Assembly: GCA_964493515.1 (NCBI GenBank)
Contig: CAZBNJ010000005.1
Location: 1-60,634, forward strand
Source of the DNA: an uncultured Oscillospiraceae bacterium
GTDB lineage: Bacteria > Bacillota > Clostridia > Oscillospirales > JAAYOS01
DNA length: 60,634 nucleotides
Reading direction: 5' to 3'
The notes under the pieces were generated by a model. It did not search any database, was not told the origin of the DNA, and saw only the letters and a program-made list of their open reading frames with translations. Of the stretch, positions 1-8,464 are shown piece by piece; the stretch's first letter is position 1; each line of letters begins with the position of its first letter. Made by a program: the position numbers and the translations under genes.

Positions 1-5
1 TCCCC

Positions 6-34
6 TTGCTAAACCGCACGGTTTGTGATACAAT
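6..34 (+). promoter_or_regulatory. sigma-70-type promoter for SRP RNA
   Basis: TTGCTA (6-11), 17-nt spacer, TACAAT (29-34), directly upstream of the SRP RNA terminal helix. Confidence 0.5.
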
Positions 35-50
35 AAGCGGTGCGAGTTAA

Positions 51-349
51 ACGTCATACCGCATGAGCCGCACTATCCGGGGAGTTAGCGGCGCCCTGCA
101 CTCACAATCCGCTGCAGTGAGGGAGAATTCCCGACCTCGGGTATCGATGTTTGTTGCAGCCCCGCTCAAGGGGTGTTGAGGGTACGGTCTTGCGCAATCG
201 GCGCCCGTGAATCATGTCAGGCGGGGAACCGAGCAGCATTAAGCGGTGCTTACCGATGTGCCGCAAGGCAGCCGTGCCTGAGCCTCGAGAGCGGAAAGCG
301 GACGGACATCCTGCACAAAGTCGGGTGTGCGGCTTATGCGATATGACGT
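51..349 (+). ncRNA. ffs: Signal recognition particle RNA, long Bacillus/Clostridium type (ends approximate)
   Basis: Domain IV core GTCAGGCGGGGAACCGAGCAGC and 5' GGGGAGTTAGCGGCGCCCTGCAC..CAATCCGCTGCAGTGAGGG closely parallel B. subtilis scRNA. The terminal helix ACGTCATACCGCATGAGCCGCAC pairs with GTGCGGCTTATGCGATATGACGT. The scr-dnaX-ybaB-recR synteny is the classic Firmicutes arrangement. Confidence 0.85.
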
Positions 350-365
350 GTTTAGGAGGTCGACT

Positions 366-2081
366 ATGTCTCTGGCTCTCTACCGCAAGTGGCGGCCGAT
401 GACCTTCTCGGATGTGGTCGGTCAGCCGCAGGTCACGGACACGCTTAAAAAGCAGATATCGCTCGGACGCCTTTCCCACGCCTATCTCTTCACCGGCACG
501 CGGGGAACGGGCAAGACCACCTGCGCCAAATTGCTTGCCAAAGCCGCAAACTGCCTCGATCTGCACGACGGCGAGCCGTGCAACGAGTGCGCCGCCTGTC
601 GCGCGATAAACGACGGCGCGGCGGTGGATATAAGCGAGATAGACGCCGCGTCGAACACCGGCGTGGAAAACATACGGTCGCTGCGCGACAACGCGATGTA
701 TACGCCGGTCGAGCTGAAATACCGCGTCTACATCATTGACGAATGCCATATGCTCTCGAACGGAGCGTGGAACGCGCTGCTCAAGATACTTGAGGAGCCG
801 CCCGAGCACGTTCTGTTCATCTTCGCCTCCACCGAGCTTAACAAGATACCGCCGACCATTCTCTCGCGCTGCCAGCGATACAGCTTCCGGCGCGGAAGTG
901 CCCGCGACCTCGCCGCCCGCGTAAGCGAGATAGCCGCGGCGGAGCAGATACCGCTGACCGAGGACGGTGCGGCGGCGCTCGCTCGCCTTGCTGACGGCGG
1001 ATTCCGCGACGCGATATCCATGCTCGACCAGTGCGCGGCGGCGCGGCGGGATACCACCCTCGACGAAGCCGCGATACTCGACGAGCTCGGTCTCGCGGGC
1101 GCGGACGACACGCTCTCGATACTCTCGTCGGCAGCGCGTGGCGACGTCGCCTCGGCGCTTGCGACGCTGGACAAGCTCTACTCTGCGGGCAAGGATATGT
1201 CCGCGTTCCTCGGCGAGCTGGCAAGCGTCGTTCGCGACGAGCTGATACTTCTCACGACCAGAGCACCCGCGCTGCTCGGCGGACGGTACGCCGCGGCGGC
1301 GCTCGAATCGCTCGGACTGTCCGCGCAGACCGCGTCGGCGATGCTCGCTGCGGTTAGCGACGCGCAGGCACGGTTGGCACGAGCCGCGTCGGCACGCATC
1401 GAAGTCGAGCTGTGCATCGTAAAGCTCACGGCGATCGCTGCCGGCGGCGTTCCCGACGAGCCGCAGCCCGTGCGAGCGGTACGCGCGGCGCAGCCCTCGC
1501 CCGCACCAAAGGCGGTAGAACCCGCCGTCGTGCAGCCGAAAGCAAGCGAACCTGCACCTATCGCGCACGAACCGACGGCGAAAGTCACGCCAAAGCCGGT
1601 AGCTCCGCCCGAACCGAAGCCGTCCGATGACGACTCCCCGCCGTGGGACGAGATACCGCCCATCGACGACAGCTTCGCTCCCCCGACGGAGGACGAGCCT
1701 CCGTTTGAATCGCCCGAACCGCCGCGCAGGCAGCCTGCACCGACAGCCAAACCGTCCGGCGGACAGTCGGCGACATGGTGGCAGGACGTGATGGCGGACG
1801 CGCGGCCGAATATGCCGATATCGCACTATATGCAGCTTGCGGCGCAGCCCACCCCGTCGCTCGACGGCGACACGGTGCTGATAACCGTGGCAAGCGAGTT
1901 CGCGCGCAAGATCGTCGGCGACCGTCAGGTACTCGGCGCGGTTGAAGCGAGCGCCTCCAAGGTGCTCGGACGCAAGGTCTCCGCGCGGTGCGTGATCGCC
2001 GGTCAGGAAAAGATGCGCGACGCGTTCGACGATCTGCTCGAACAACAGACAAAGTTCGATAACTTTACAATAACCGACTGA
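366..2081 (+). CDS. dnaX: DNA polymerase III subunit gamma/tau
   Basis: MSLALYRKWRP..., Walker A GTRGTGKTT and DEAD-like IIDECHML motifs, and a Pro/Ala-rich tau linker. I placed the start at 366 (AGGAGG 7 nt upstream) rather than the ORF-track 327, which would overlap the SRP RNA. Confidence 0.95.
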   Translation: MSLALYRKWRPMTFSDVVGQPQVTDTLKKQISLGRLSHAYLFTGTRGTGKTTCAKLLAKAANCLDLHDGEPCNECAACRAINDGAAVDISEIDAASNTGVENIRSLRDNAMYTPVELKYRVYIIDECHMLSNGAWNALLKILEEPPEHVLFIFASTELNKIPPTILSRCQRYSFRRGSARDLAARVSEIAAAEQIPLTEDGAAALARLADGGFRDAISMLDQCAAARRDTTLDEAAILDELGLAGADDTLSILSSAARGDVASALATLDKLYSAGKDMSAFLGELASVVRDELILLTTRAPALLGGRYAAAALESLGLSAQTASAMLAAVSDAQARLARAASARIEVELCIVKLTAIAAGGVPDEPQPVRAVRAAQPSPAPKAVEPAVVQPKASEPAPIAHEPTAKVTPKPVAPPEPKPSDDDSPPWDEIPPIDDSFAPPTEDEPPFESPEPPRRQPAPTAKPSGGQSATWWQDVMADARPNMPISHYMQLAAQPTPSLDGDTVLITVASEFARKIVGDRQVLGAVEASASKVLGRKVSARCVIAGQEKMRDAFDDLLEQQTKFDNFTITD

Positions 2082-2094
2082 TGGAGGTCTGAAC

Positions 2095-2430
2095 ATGGCA
2101 AGAAAGTTCCCGAATATGCCAAAAAACAGCATGAACATGATGCAGCAAGCACAGAAGATGCAGCAGGACATGATAGCCATGCAGCAGGAGCTGGAGACGC
2201 GCGAGTTCTCGGCTACCACCGGCGGCGGCATGGTCACCGCCACCGTCACCGGAAAGCACCGTCTCACCGCGCTTGAGATACAGCCGGAGGCGGTCGATCC
2301 GGACGACGTCGAGATGCTTCAGGACATGGTAATCGCCGCGGTGAACGAGGCGGTCCGCAAGGCTGAGGACACCGCCGAGGAGGAGATGCAGAAGCTCACC
2401 GGCGGGCTGAACCTTCCGGGGCTGTTCTGA
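2095..2430 (+). CDS. ybaB: YbaB/EbfC family nucleoid-associated protein
   Basis: 111 aa with the Q/M-rich N-terminus typical of YbaB, lying between dnaX and recR. Confidence 0.92.
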   Translation: MARKFPNMPKNSMNMMQQAQKMQQDMIAMQQELETREFSATTGGGMVTATVTGKHRLTALEIQPEAVDPDDVEMLQDMVIAAVNEAVRKAEDTAEEEMQKLTGGLNLPGLF

Positions 2431-3035
2431 TGGCAAACGCCTACTTTCCCGCGCCGGTCGAGAACCTCATCGACTGGTTCGCGCGGCTTCCGGGGGTCGG
2501 TCGCAAGACCGCGCAGCGTCTCGCCTTCTATGTCGTGAGCATGGGCGAGGAGGACGCGAAGTCGTTCGCCTCCGCCATCTCCGCCGCAAAGCAGGAGATA
2601 ACCTTCTGCAAGACCTGCCAGAACCTGTCCGCCAGCGACACCTGCCCGATATGCTCGTCGGCTGCGCGCGATCACAGCGTCATCTGCGTGGTCAGCGACC
2701 CGAAGGACGTGGCGGCTATCGAGCGCACGGCGGAATATCGCGGGCTGTACCACGTCCTGCACGGCGTGATATCCCCGCTCAGCCGCGTATCGCCGGACGA
2801 TCTGCGGATAAAGGAGCTTATCGCGCGGGTCGGCGAGGGCGGTGTCAGCGAGGTTATACTCGCCACCGACCCGGACACCGAGGGCGAGGCTACGGCGCTG
2901 TACATAGCGCGACTGCTGCGGCCGCTCGGCGTCAGGACCACCCGACTCGCCTACGGAATACCGATGGGCGGACACCTCGAGTTCACCGACGAGCTGACGC
3001 TCGGTCGTGCGCTGGAAGGGCGCAGCGAGATATAG
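2430..3035 (+). CDS. recR: recombination protein RecR
   Basis: Zinc-finger CxxC..CxxC (CKTCQNLS..CPICS), a Toprim region and the LPGVGRKTAQRLAF helix-hairpin-helix. The start overlaps the ybaB stop. Confidence 0.96.
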   Translation: MANAYFPAPVENLIDWFARLPGVGRKTAQRLAFYVVSMGEEDAKSFASAISAAKQEITFCKTCQNLSASDTCPICSSAARDHSVICVVSDPKDVAAIERTAEYRGLYHVLHGVISPLSRVSPDDLRIKELIARVGEGGVSEVILATDPDTEGEATALYIARLLRPLGVRTTRLAYGIPMGGHLEFTDELTLGRALEGRSEI

Positions 3036-3065
3036 CCTTCGGATTCCGAAAGCCCATAAAAAGCA

Positions 3066-3093
3066 CAAAACCACCCTATACGGGTGGTTTTAT
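3066..3093. terminator. bidirectional intrinsic terminator (recR / XRE gene, convergent)
   Basis: AAAACCACCC-TATA-CGGGTGGTTTT hairpin flanked by an A-run and a T-run. Confidence 0.75.
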
Positions 3094-3311
3094 TTATATG
3101 GCTCGGGATTCTTCGTAAGTCCGAGCAGATAGTCGGTCGAGGTCGCGTACAGCCGCGCCAGTCGGATGAGCACATCGGTCGGAATGTCGCGTATCCCCGT
3201 CTCGTATCGGTAATACTGCGGCTGTTTCATGCCCAGATATTCCGCCACCTGTGCCTGGGTCAGATCGTGATCCTCGCGCATATCGCGCAGACGTCTGTAA
3301 TAGCTCGTCAT
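3090..3311 (-). CDS. XRE-family helix-turn-helix transcriptional regulator (73 aa)
   Basis: LTQAQVAEYLGMKQPQYYRYETGIRDIPTDVLIRLARLY is a canonical Cro/C1-type HTH. GGAGG lies upstream of the ATG at 3311. Confidence 0.9.
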   Translation of the reverse strand: MTSYYRRLRDMREDHDLTQAQVAEYLGMKQPQYYRYETGIRDIPTDVLIRLARLYATSTDYLLGLTKNPEPYK

Positions 3312-3330
3312 GACAATCCGCCTCCCAAAT

Positions 3331-3450
3331 TATAACCATTTGGTATTGACATTTTATCACAGCCGTGCTATTCTTATGTCGTGTAATAACCGTACGGTTA
3401 TAATGGGTTTCCGGTTCGCGAGCTTCCTCCAAAGCCCGCGGCGGTTATTA
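3331..3450. promoter_or_regulatory. array of ATAACCG/CGGTTAT half-sites (putative operator array of the adjacent XRE regulator)
   Basis: Perfect 16-bp palindrome ATAACCGTACGGTTAT (3386-3401), a degenerate copy ATAACCATTTGGTAT (3332-3346), and a distal CGGTTATTAC (3441-3450) that is the exact inverted repeat of GTAATAACCG (3382-3391). A plus-strand TTGACA (3346-3351)-17-TATTCT (3369-3374) lies within the array. Confidence 0.45.
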
Positions 3451-3460
3451 CGCACACACT

Positions 3461-3526
3461 CCTCCGAGGGACCTGCCTGCCCCTCGGAGATTTTTTGCGA
3501 AAAAGGGGCTTTTCAGCCCCCCTGTT
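3461..3526. terminator. two tandem hairpins downstream of trmD
   Basis: GGGGGGCUGAAAAGCCCC plus a U-run (minus strand, about 3497-3526, containing the trmD stop) is the trmD terminator. CCTCCGAGGG-N9-CCCTCGGAG followed by TTTTTT on the plus strand (3461-3496) would terminate a plus-strand transcript. Confidence 0.65.
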
Positions 3527-4256
3527 CCTCGTTTTCGACCTTTTCCAGTGCTTTTATGTCCTTCTTGTCGAGTGTCAGCCGCTCGAACATATCCGGTCGC
3601 TTTTGCCTGGTGCGAAGCAGCGCCTGACCGCGGCGCCACTCGGCGATGTTCTTGTGATGCCCGCTGAGCAGCACCTCCGGCACTCGACGACCGTGCCACT
3701 CCTCCGGCCGCGAGTACTGCGGGTACTCGAGCACGCCGTCCCAGTGGCTCTCGCCGGTGAAGCTCTCCTCGCTCGCGAGCACGCCGGGTATCAGCCGTGC
3801 GACCGCGTCACAGACCGCAAGCGCGGGTATCTCGCCGCCAGTCAGCACGAAGTCGCCGAGAGATATCTCCTCGTCGACGCACTCGTCGATGAACCGCTCG
3901 TCGATACCCTCGTAGTGACCGCAGACGATGCACAGCCGCGAGTATCCCGCAAGCCGCCGCGCGGTAGACTGGTCGAACGGCTTGCCCTGCGGCGTCATAT
4001 ACACCGTGTGCATCTCCCCCGCAGCCATGCCCCGCACCGCGTCCCAGCAGTTGTATATCGGGTCGGCCTGCATTATCATGCCTGTGCCGCCGCCGTACGG
4101 ATAGTCGTCCACCTGCATCTGCTTGTTCTTGGTGTAGTCGCGGATGTTGTGGCTTCTTATGACGATGTATCCCCTGTCCTGCGCGCGACCGAGTATCGAC
4201 TCGTCGGTCATCGTCTTCATCGTGTCCGGAAAGAGGGTGAGTATGTCTATTCTCAT
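3513..4256 (-). CDS. trmD: tRNA (guanine37-N1)-methyltransferase
   Basis: MRIDILTLFP..., SLGDFVLTGGE and other TrmD SPOUT motifs, in the conserved rpsP-rimM-trmD order. Confidence 0.97.
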   Translation of the reverse strand: MRIDILTLFPDTMKTMTDESILGRAQDRGYIVIRSHNIRDYTKNKQMQVDDYPYGGGTGMIMQADPIYNCWDAVRGMAAGEMHTVYMTPQGKPFDQSTARRLAGYSRLCIVCGHYEGIDERFIDECVDEEISLGDFVLTGGEIPALAVCDAVARLIPGVLASEESFTGESHWDGVLEYPQYSRPEEWHGRRVPEVLLSGHHKNIAEWRRGQALLRTRQKRPDMFERLTLDKKDIKALEKVENEEQGG

Positions 4257-4257
4257 G

Positions 4258-4749
4258 TCACGCCTCCATGCCGTCGATTATCTCCACCGTTATGACGCGG
4301 CTTTCGATGTCGGTCGAGCGGATGAACTCGTCTACGGCGGGGATGAGATACTCCTTCTCGCCGAGCACGACATAGACATTGTTCGCGGGCAGGGTCATCA
4401 CTTCGGCGACCTTGCCGAGCACGCCTCTGTTCAGGTCGCGCACCTCCATGCCGACCAGGTCGGCGATGAAGAACCGACCCTCCGGCAGCTTCGCGTCGGC
4501 GCGAGCTATCGACACGACCTTACCCTTCAGGCGTATCGCGTCCTCCAGCGTGTCCACGCCCTCAAGCGTTGCGAGAAGGTGCTCCTTATGGACGGAGGCG
4601 GCGAGCACATTGAACTGCTCCCCGCCTATAAACAGCCGTTTGAAACCTTTCAGGAACTCCACCGAATCGCACCACGGCTCGATCTTTACCATTCCGCGAA
4701 CGCCGTGCGTGTTTACGATGCGTCCCGCTTCCAGCATCTCCGCGCCCAT
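4258..4749 (-). CDS. rimM: 16S rRNA processing protein RimM
   Basis: GRIVNTHGVRGMVKIEP N-terminal barrel motif and a PRC-barrel C-terminus, plus synteny. Confidence 0.95.
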   Translation of the reverse strand: MGAEMLEAGRIVNTHGVRGMVKIEPWCDSVEFLKGFKRLFIGGEQFNVLAASVHKEHLLATLEGVDTLEDAIRLKGKVVSIARADAKLPEGRFFIADLVGMEVRDLNRGVLGKVAEVMTLPANNVYVVLGEKEYLIPAVDEFIRSTDIESRVITVEIIDGMEA

Positions 4750-4979
4750 TATTCCTTGTCGACTATGTCCACTATCACTCGCTTGGAACCGGCGGCAGCC
4801 TTGACGATGGCGCGTATCTCCTTGGAGGTGCGTCCCTGTCGTCCGATGACCTTGCCCATGTCCGACGGCGCGACGCGAAGCTCGAGCTTCAGACCGGTGT
4901 CGGTCTCGACCTCGGTCACTTCCACCTCGTCGGGGTTGTCCACCATGCTCCTTGCGATATACTCCAGAAGCTCTTTCAT
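4749..4979 (-). CDS. KH-domain RNA-binding protein (YlqC/UPF0109)
   Basis: 76 aa with the MGKVIGRQGRTSKEIRAI GxxG KH motif, positioned between rpsP and rimM. Confidence 0.92.
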   Translation of the reverse strand: MKELLEYIARSMVDNPDEVEVTEVETDTGLKLELRVAPSDMGKVIGRQGRTSKEIRAIVKAAAGSKRVIVDIVDKE

Positions 4980-4983
4980 AGTC

Positions 4984-5223
4984 TTAAAGTATGCCGGCGT
5001 TCTTCATCAGGCGGCGAACCGTGTCCGACGGCTGAGCGCCCTTCTGCATCCAGTCCTTGGCGCGCTCCGCGTCGATGCGGACCTCTGCCGGCTCGACACA
5101 CGGATTGTAGATGCCGATCTCCTCGATGAAGCGACCGTCGCGCGGGCTGCGGCTGTCCGCAACGACCACACGATAGAACGGCGCCTTCTTTGCGCCCATA
5201 CGACGAAGTCTGATCTTGACCAT
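4984..5223 (-). CDS. rpsP: 30S ribosomal protein S16
   Basis: [25 protein letters not shown]. The start moves to 5223 (GGAGG 8 nt upstream); the ORF-track N-terminal extension is rejected. Confidence 0.96.
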   Translation of the reverse strand: MVKIRLRRMGAKKAPFYRVVVADSRSPRDGRFIEEIGIYNPCVEPAEVRIDAERAKDWMQKGAQPSDTVRRLMKNAGIL

Positions 5224-5297
5224 TTTTACATACCTCCGAAAATTTTTTAACTGTTTTTGAATTATATCCACGGTCGTTCGACCGATGAATAGCGTTT

Positions 5298-6647
5298 TTA
5301 CCTGCCGAAGAGTGACGCGAACCCACCGCGGCGCTTGCCCTTGCGGCGACCTCCGCCCATTCCGCCGAACTGCTTTGCCATCTTCTGCATCATGTCAAAC
5401 TGCTTGAGCAGGCGGTTCAGATCCTCCACCCGCTGTCCCGCGCCAGCCGCTATCCTGCGCTTGCGCGACGAGTTGATTATCGACGGATCCTCTCGCTCTG
5501 CGGGGGTCATCGACAGTATCAGCGCCTCCATGCGGGGCATCGCCTTCTCGTCGATGGTCGCTCCCTTGAGCGCCGACGCGTTCATGCCGGGTATCATCGC
5601 CGCGATGTCCTCCAGCGAGCCCATTTGGCGAAGCTGCGCCATCTGCGCGAGGAAGTCGTCGAGCGTGAATCGGTTCTGGCGGAGCTTCTGCTCAAGCTCG
5701 AGCGCCTGCTTCTCGTCTATCGCCGCCTCCGCCTTTTCGATGAGCGTCAGCACGTCGCCCATGCCGAGGATGCGGCTTGCCATACGGTCGGGGTAGAACG
5801 GCTCGATCTTGTCCAGCTTCTCGCCGGTGCCGACGAACTTTATCGGCTTTCCGGTCACCGCCCGTACCGACAGCGCCGCGCCGCCGCGAGTGTCGCCGTC
5901 CAGCTTGGTCAGCATCACGCCGGTTATCTCCAGCGCCTCGTTGAACGCCGACGCCGTGTTCACCGCGTCCTGTCCGGTCATCGCGTCCACGGTCAGGATT
6001 ATCTCGGTCGGGCTTACCGCGTCCTTGATGTTCCGCAGCTCGTCCATCAGCGCCTCGTCGATGTGCAGCCGTCCCGCCGTGTCCAAAAACACCAGGTCGT
6101 TGCCGTGGTCGAGCGCGTGCTTTACCGCGTGCTTTGCTATCTCGACCGGGTCGCCCTGACCCTCCTCGAACACCGGCACGCCGAGCTGTTCGCCGACTAT
6201 CTGAAGCTGCTTTATCGCCGCCGGACGGTATACGTCGCACGCGACAAGCAGCGGACGCGATCCCTGTTTTTTCATGTACCCCGCGAGCTTCGCGCCGTTG
6301 GTGGTCTTGCCCGCGCCCTGAAGTCCGCAGAGCATTATGACCGTCGGCGGCTTCTTCGCGCGTTCGAGCCGCACCACGTCGCCGCCCATCAGCGCGGTCA
6401 TCTCCTCGTTGACGATCTTGACGACCATCTGCGCCGGGGTTAGGCTGTCCAGTACATCCTGTCCGACCGCTCGCTCGCTGACCCGCGCCACAAAGTCCTT
6501 GACCACCTTGTAGCTGACGTCCGCCTCGAGCAGAACAAGGCGTATCTCGCGCATCGCCTCTTTGATGTCGCTCTCGTGAAGGCGTCCCTTGCCGCGAAGC
6601 TTCGCAAACGCGGCGTTCAGTTTTTCGCTGAGTCCCTCAAATGCCAT
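5298..6647 (-). CDS. ffh: signal recognition particle protein Ffh
   Basis: NG domain motifs GLQGAGKTT and DTAGRL, and a Met-rich M domain at the C-terminus. Confidence 0.97.
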   Translation of the reverse strand: MAFEGLSEKLNAAFAKLRGKGRLHESDIKEAMREIRLVLLEADVSYKVVKDFVARVSERAVGQDVLDSLTPAQMVVKIVNEEMTALMGGDVVRLERAKKPPTVIMLCGLQGAGKTTNGAKLAGYMKKQGSRPLLVACDVYRPAAIKQLQIVGEQLGVPVFEEGQGDPVEIAKHAVKHALDHGNDLVFLDTAGRLHIDEALMDELRNIKDAVSPTEIILTVDAMTGQDAVNTASAFNEALEITGVMLTKLDGDTRGGAALSVRAVTGKPIKFVGTGEKLDKIEPFYPDRMASRILGMGDVLTLIEKAEAAIDEKQALELEQKLRQNRFTLDDFLAQMAQLRQMGSLEDIAAMIPGMNASALKGATIDEKAMPRMEALILSMTPAEREDPSIINSSRKRRIAAGAGQRVEDLNRLLKQFDMMQKMAKQFGGMGGGRRKGKRRGGFASLFGR

Positions 6648-7019
6648 TTATATATCCTCACGCAGGTCGCGGATACGACCGAGTATGTCGCGTATCTTGT
6701 CGTCTATCTCGCCGGACAGATATTTGTCGCGGTTTATCACCCGCAGCTCGCGGGCATCCGCCTCAAGCGCGTCGAGCACGCTCTCCATCCTGCCGTAGCG
6801 CTCGCGCAGACCGAGCTTCTGCTCGGTGTCACGAAGGGTGTTCTCCGCGCGGACGAGCGCGTCGCGCACGCCCTGACGTGTTATCCCCTCGTTTTCGGCT
6901 ATCTCGCCGAGCGACAGGTCCTCGTCGTAGTACATCGCAAAGATGTCGCGCTGTTTGTCGGTAAGCAGCGCACCGTAGAAGTCGAACAGCAACGAAAGCT
7001 CCGGTCCCTTCTCTTTCAC
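6648..7019 (-). CDS. ylxM: YlxM/p13-like putative DNA-binding protein (UPF0122)
   Basis: LLFDFYGALLTDKQRDIFAMYYDEDLSLGEIAE is a sigma-70 region-4-like HTH, located immediately upstream of ffh. A GTG start at 7019 has GGGAGG 8 nt upstream. The longer ORF reaching 7055 is possible. Confidence 0.88.
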   Translation of the reverse strand: MKEKGPELSLLFDFYGALLTDKQRDIFAMYYDEDLSLGEIAENEGITRQGVRDALVRAENTLRDTEQKLGLRERYGRMESVLDALEADARELRVINRDKYLSGEIDDKIRDILGRIRDLREDI

Positions 7020-7130
7020 GACGAACACCTCCCTCTCAATTCTGTAAAGCCTCACGCTTTACAGACATATTCTACCTCATTTCGCGCACGCTGTCAAGAG
7101 GGAAAATCGCCGATTGTAAAACTTTTTGCT

Positions 7131-7790
7131 TTACAGCCCCAGCGTGAATACCGCGCTGCCGTCGCGCACCTCCACCCCCTTGAGCGCCGAGGTGTCGGGC
7201 AGGGTCGAGCTTATCGCGGCGGAGGCGGTCTCAAGTATCGAGTCGGGCAGATAGTCGCTGACCGCAAGCCCGCACGCGGTAAACGACTTCGCGCTCACCT
7301 CAAGTCCGTCGCCGTTCACCGCGATACCAAGCTCCAGCTTCAGCTCGAGCGTCTGCGGAGCGAGCGCCAGCAGCGCGGCGACCGTGCCCTTACCCTCCGA
7401 CCTCAGATATTCGCGCACAGCGTCGCGCCCGACAGTAGCGTCGATGGCGAGCGTGTCCGGCGCGGAGAACCGCACCTCGACGCTCTCCGGCGCGAGGCTG
7501 TCCCTCAGCGCGAGCTTTATCAGCGTGGTCGCCTGCGCGTCGTCGATGGTCACCACCAGCGGCAGCTCCTCGCCCTCGTCCGGCGCGGAGGATATCAGCA
7601 TCGGCGTCGGCGCGGCAGACGGCACAGGGGCCGCGACGTCGCTCGCTCTCGACCTCTCGCCGTGCGCGATGGCAGCCAATATCCCCGCCGACAGCACGAG
7701 CGCCCCGACCGTGCAGCCGATGTACAGCCGACGCATAGCGCGCTCATCCGTGCGTATCCTGTTTATGAATGTGCGAAATCTCTCAAACAC
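7131..7790 (-). CDS. hypothetical membrane-anchored protein
   Basis: One N-terminal TM segment (LYIGCTVGALVLSAGILAAIA) followed by an Ala/Leu-rich extracytoplasmic domain. I recognise no family. The start is uncertain: GTG at 7790 with GGAGG 7 nt upstream, versus the ORF-track 7832. Confidence 0.55.
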   Translation of the reverse strand: MFERFRTFINRIRTDERAMRRLYIGCTVGALVLSAGILAAIAHGERSRASDVAAPVPSAAPTPMLISSAPDEGEELPLVVTIDDAQATTLIKLALRDSLAPESVEVRFSAPDTLAIDATVGRDAVREYLRSEGKGTVAALLALAPQTLELKLELGIAVNGDGLEVSAKSFTACGLAVSDYLPDSILETASAAISSTLPDTSALKGVEVRDGSAVFTLGL

Positions 7791-7871
7791 ATCGTCACCT
7801 CCGAAATATACTCTTTTGTCTTTATACGGCACGCCGCGCTCTTTTATACCTCCGAATTTTCCGGGAAGCTA

Positions 7872-7915
7872 TTGACAAACTCACCTTTTAATACTACAAT
7901 GGTTTATAGATAAAC
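7872..7915 (+). promoter_or_regulatory. marR-family gene promoter with operator-like inverted repeat
   Basis: TTGACA (7872-7877)-17-TACAAT (7895-7900), followed by GTTTAT-AG-ATAAAC (7902-7915). Confidence 0.55.
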
Positions 7916-7946
7916 AATCAAACTCTAAACAAGCAGAGGTGTCACC

Positions 7947-8444
7947 GTGGCAGACAGTCAAAACATCAGTCCTTTTGAATACTACACAATGTTCACCCAC
8001 CGGCTGATGAGCACACTCGACCAGTGGTTCGGCATACTCAGCGACTCGGTGGGACTATCCATTTCCGAGCTGAAAATACTCGCGTTTCTCGACTCCAAGC
8101 CATCAAACGACACCGCTCAGTGGGCGGCGACGCAGCTTGGCATATCCAAGGCGCTCGTAAGCAAGGTGGTCGAACAGCTCTGCACCAAAGGATACCTCGC
8201 GCAGGTGCAGGACAGGGACGACCGCCGCTGCTACCACCTCATCGTGCAGGAATCGGCAATGCCGCTGCTTGACAGCGTGAACAGCGAACTTATCAACTCG
8301 TGGAAGATACTCACGGAGGGCATAAGCGGCGAGGAATTCGACCAATACCTGGACATAATGCGTCGAATGCTTGGCAATATTTCGCGAGGATACGGGCTGA
8401 GCGTACCGGAATTTTTGCAAGAATCTGAAGAGGAACATCAGTAA
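7947..8444 (+). CDS. MarR-family transcriptional regulator
   Basis: Winged-helix pattern SISELKILAFL...LGISKALVSKVVEQLCTKGYL..DRDDRR, with a GTG start. Confidence 0.88.
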   Translation: MADSQNISPFEYYTMFTHRLMSTLDQWFGILSDSVGLSISELKILAFLDSKPSNDTAQWAATQLGISKALVSKVVEQLCTKGYLAQVQDRDDRRCYHLIVQESAMPLLDSVNSELINSWKILTEGISGEEFDQYLDIMRRMLGNISRGYGLSVPEFLQESEEEHQ

Positions 8445-8464
8445 ATATATTTTGGAGGTGCATT

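Noticed and set aside
327-365. Upstream ATG (327) for dnaX.
   Set aside because: It would lie inside the 3' terminal helix of the SRP RNA. The ATG at 366 has AGGAGG at proper spacing and gives the conserved MSLALYRKWRP N-terminus.
366-2081. Programmed -1 frameshift site in dnaX (E. coli-type A AAA AAG).
   Set aside because: I found no A AAA AAG heptamer with a downstream hairpin in the coding region. Gamma/tau production by frameshifting is not supported here.
102-2267. 721-aa minus-strand ORF antisense to SRP RNA and dnaX. The same class includes 8438-10039(-), 21162-24074(+), 28110-29813(-), 32143-35163(+), 35100-36647(-), 41868-43913(+), 44376-46262(+) and 55777-57123(+).
   Set aside because: Each lies exactly antisense to, or out of frame with, a gene that has clear family motifs. 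Their translations are Arg/His/Val/Ala-rich low-information sequences, as expected when a high-GC genome lacks stop codons on the opposite strand. None has a convincing RBS or start context.
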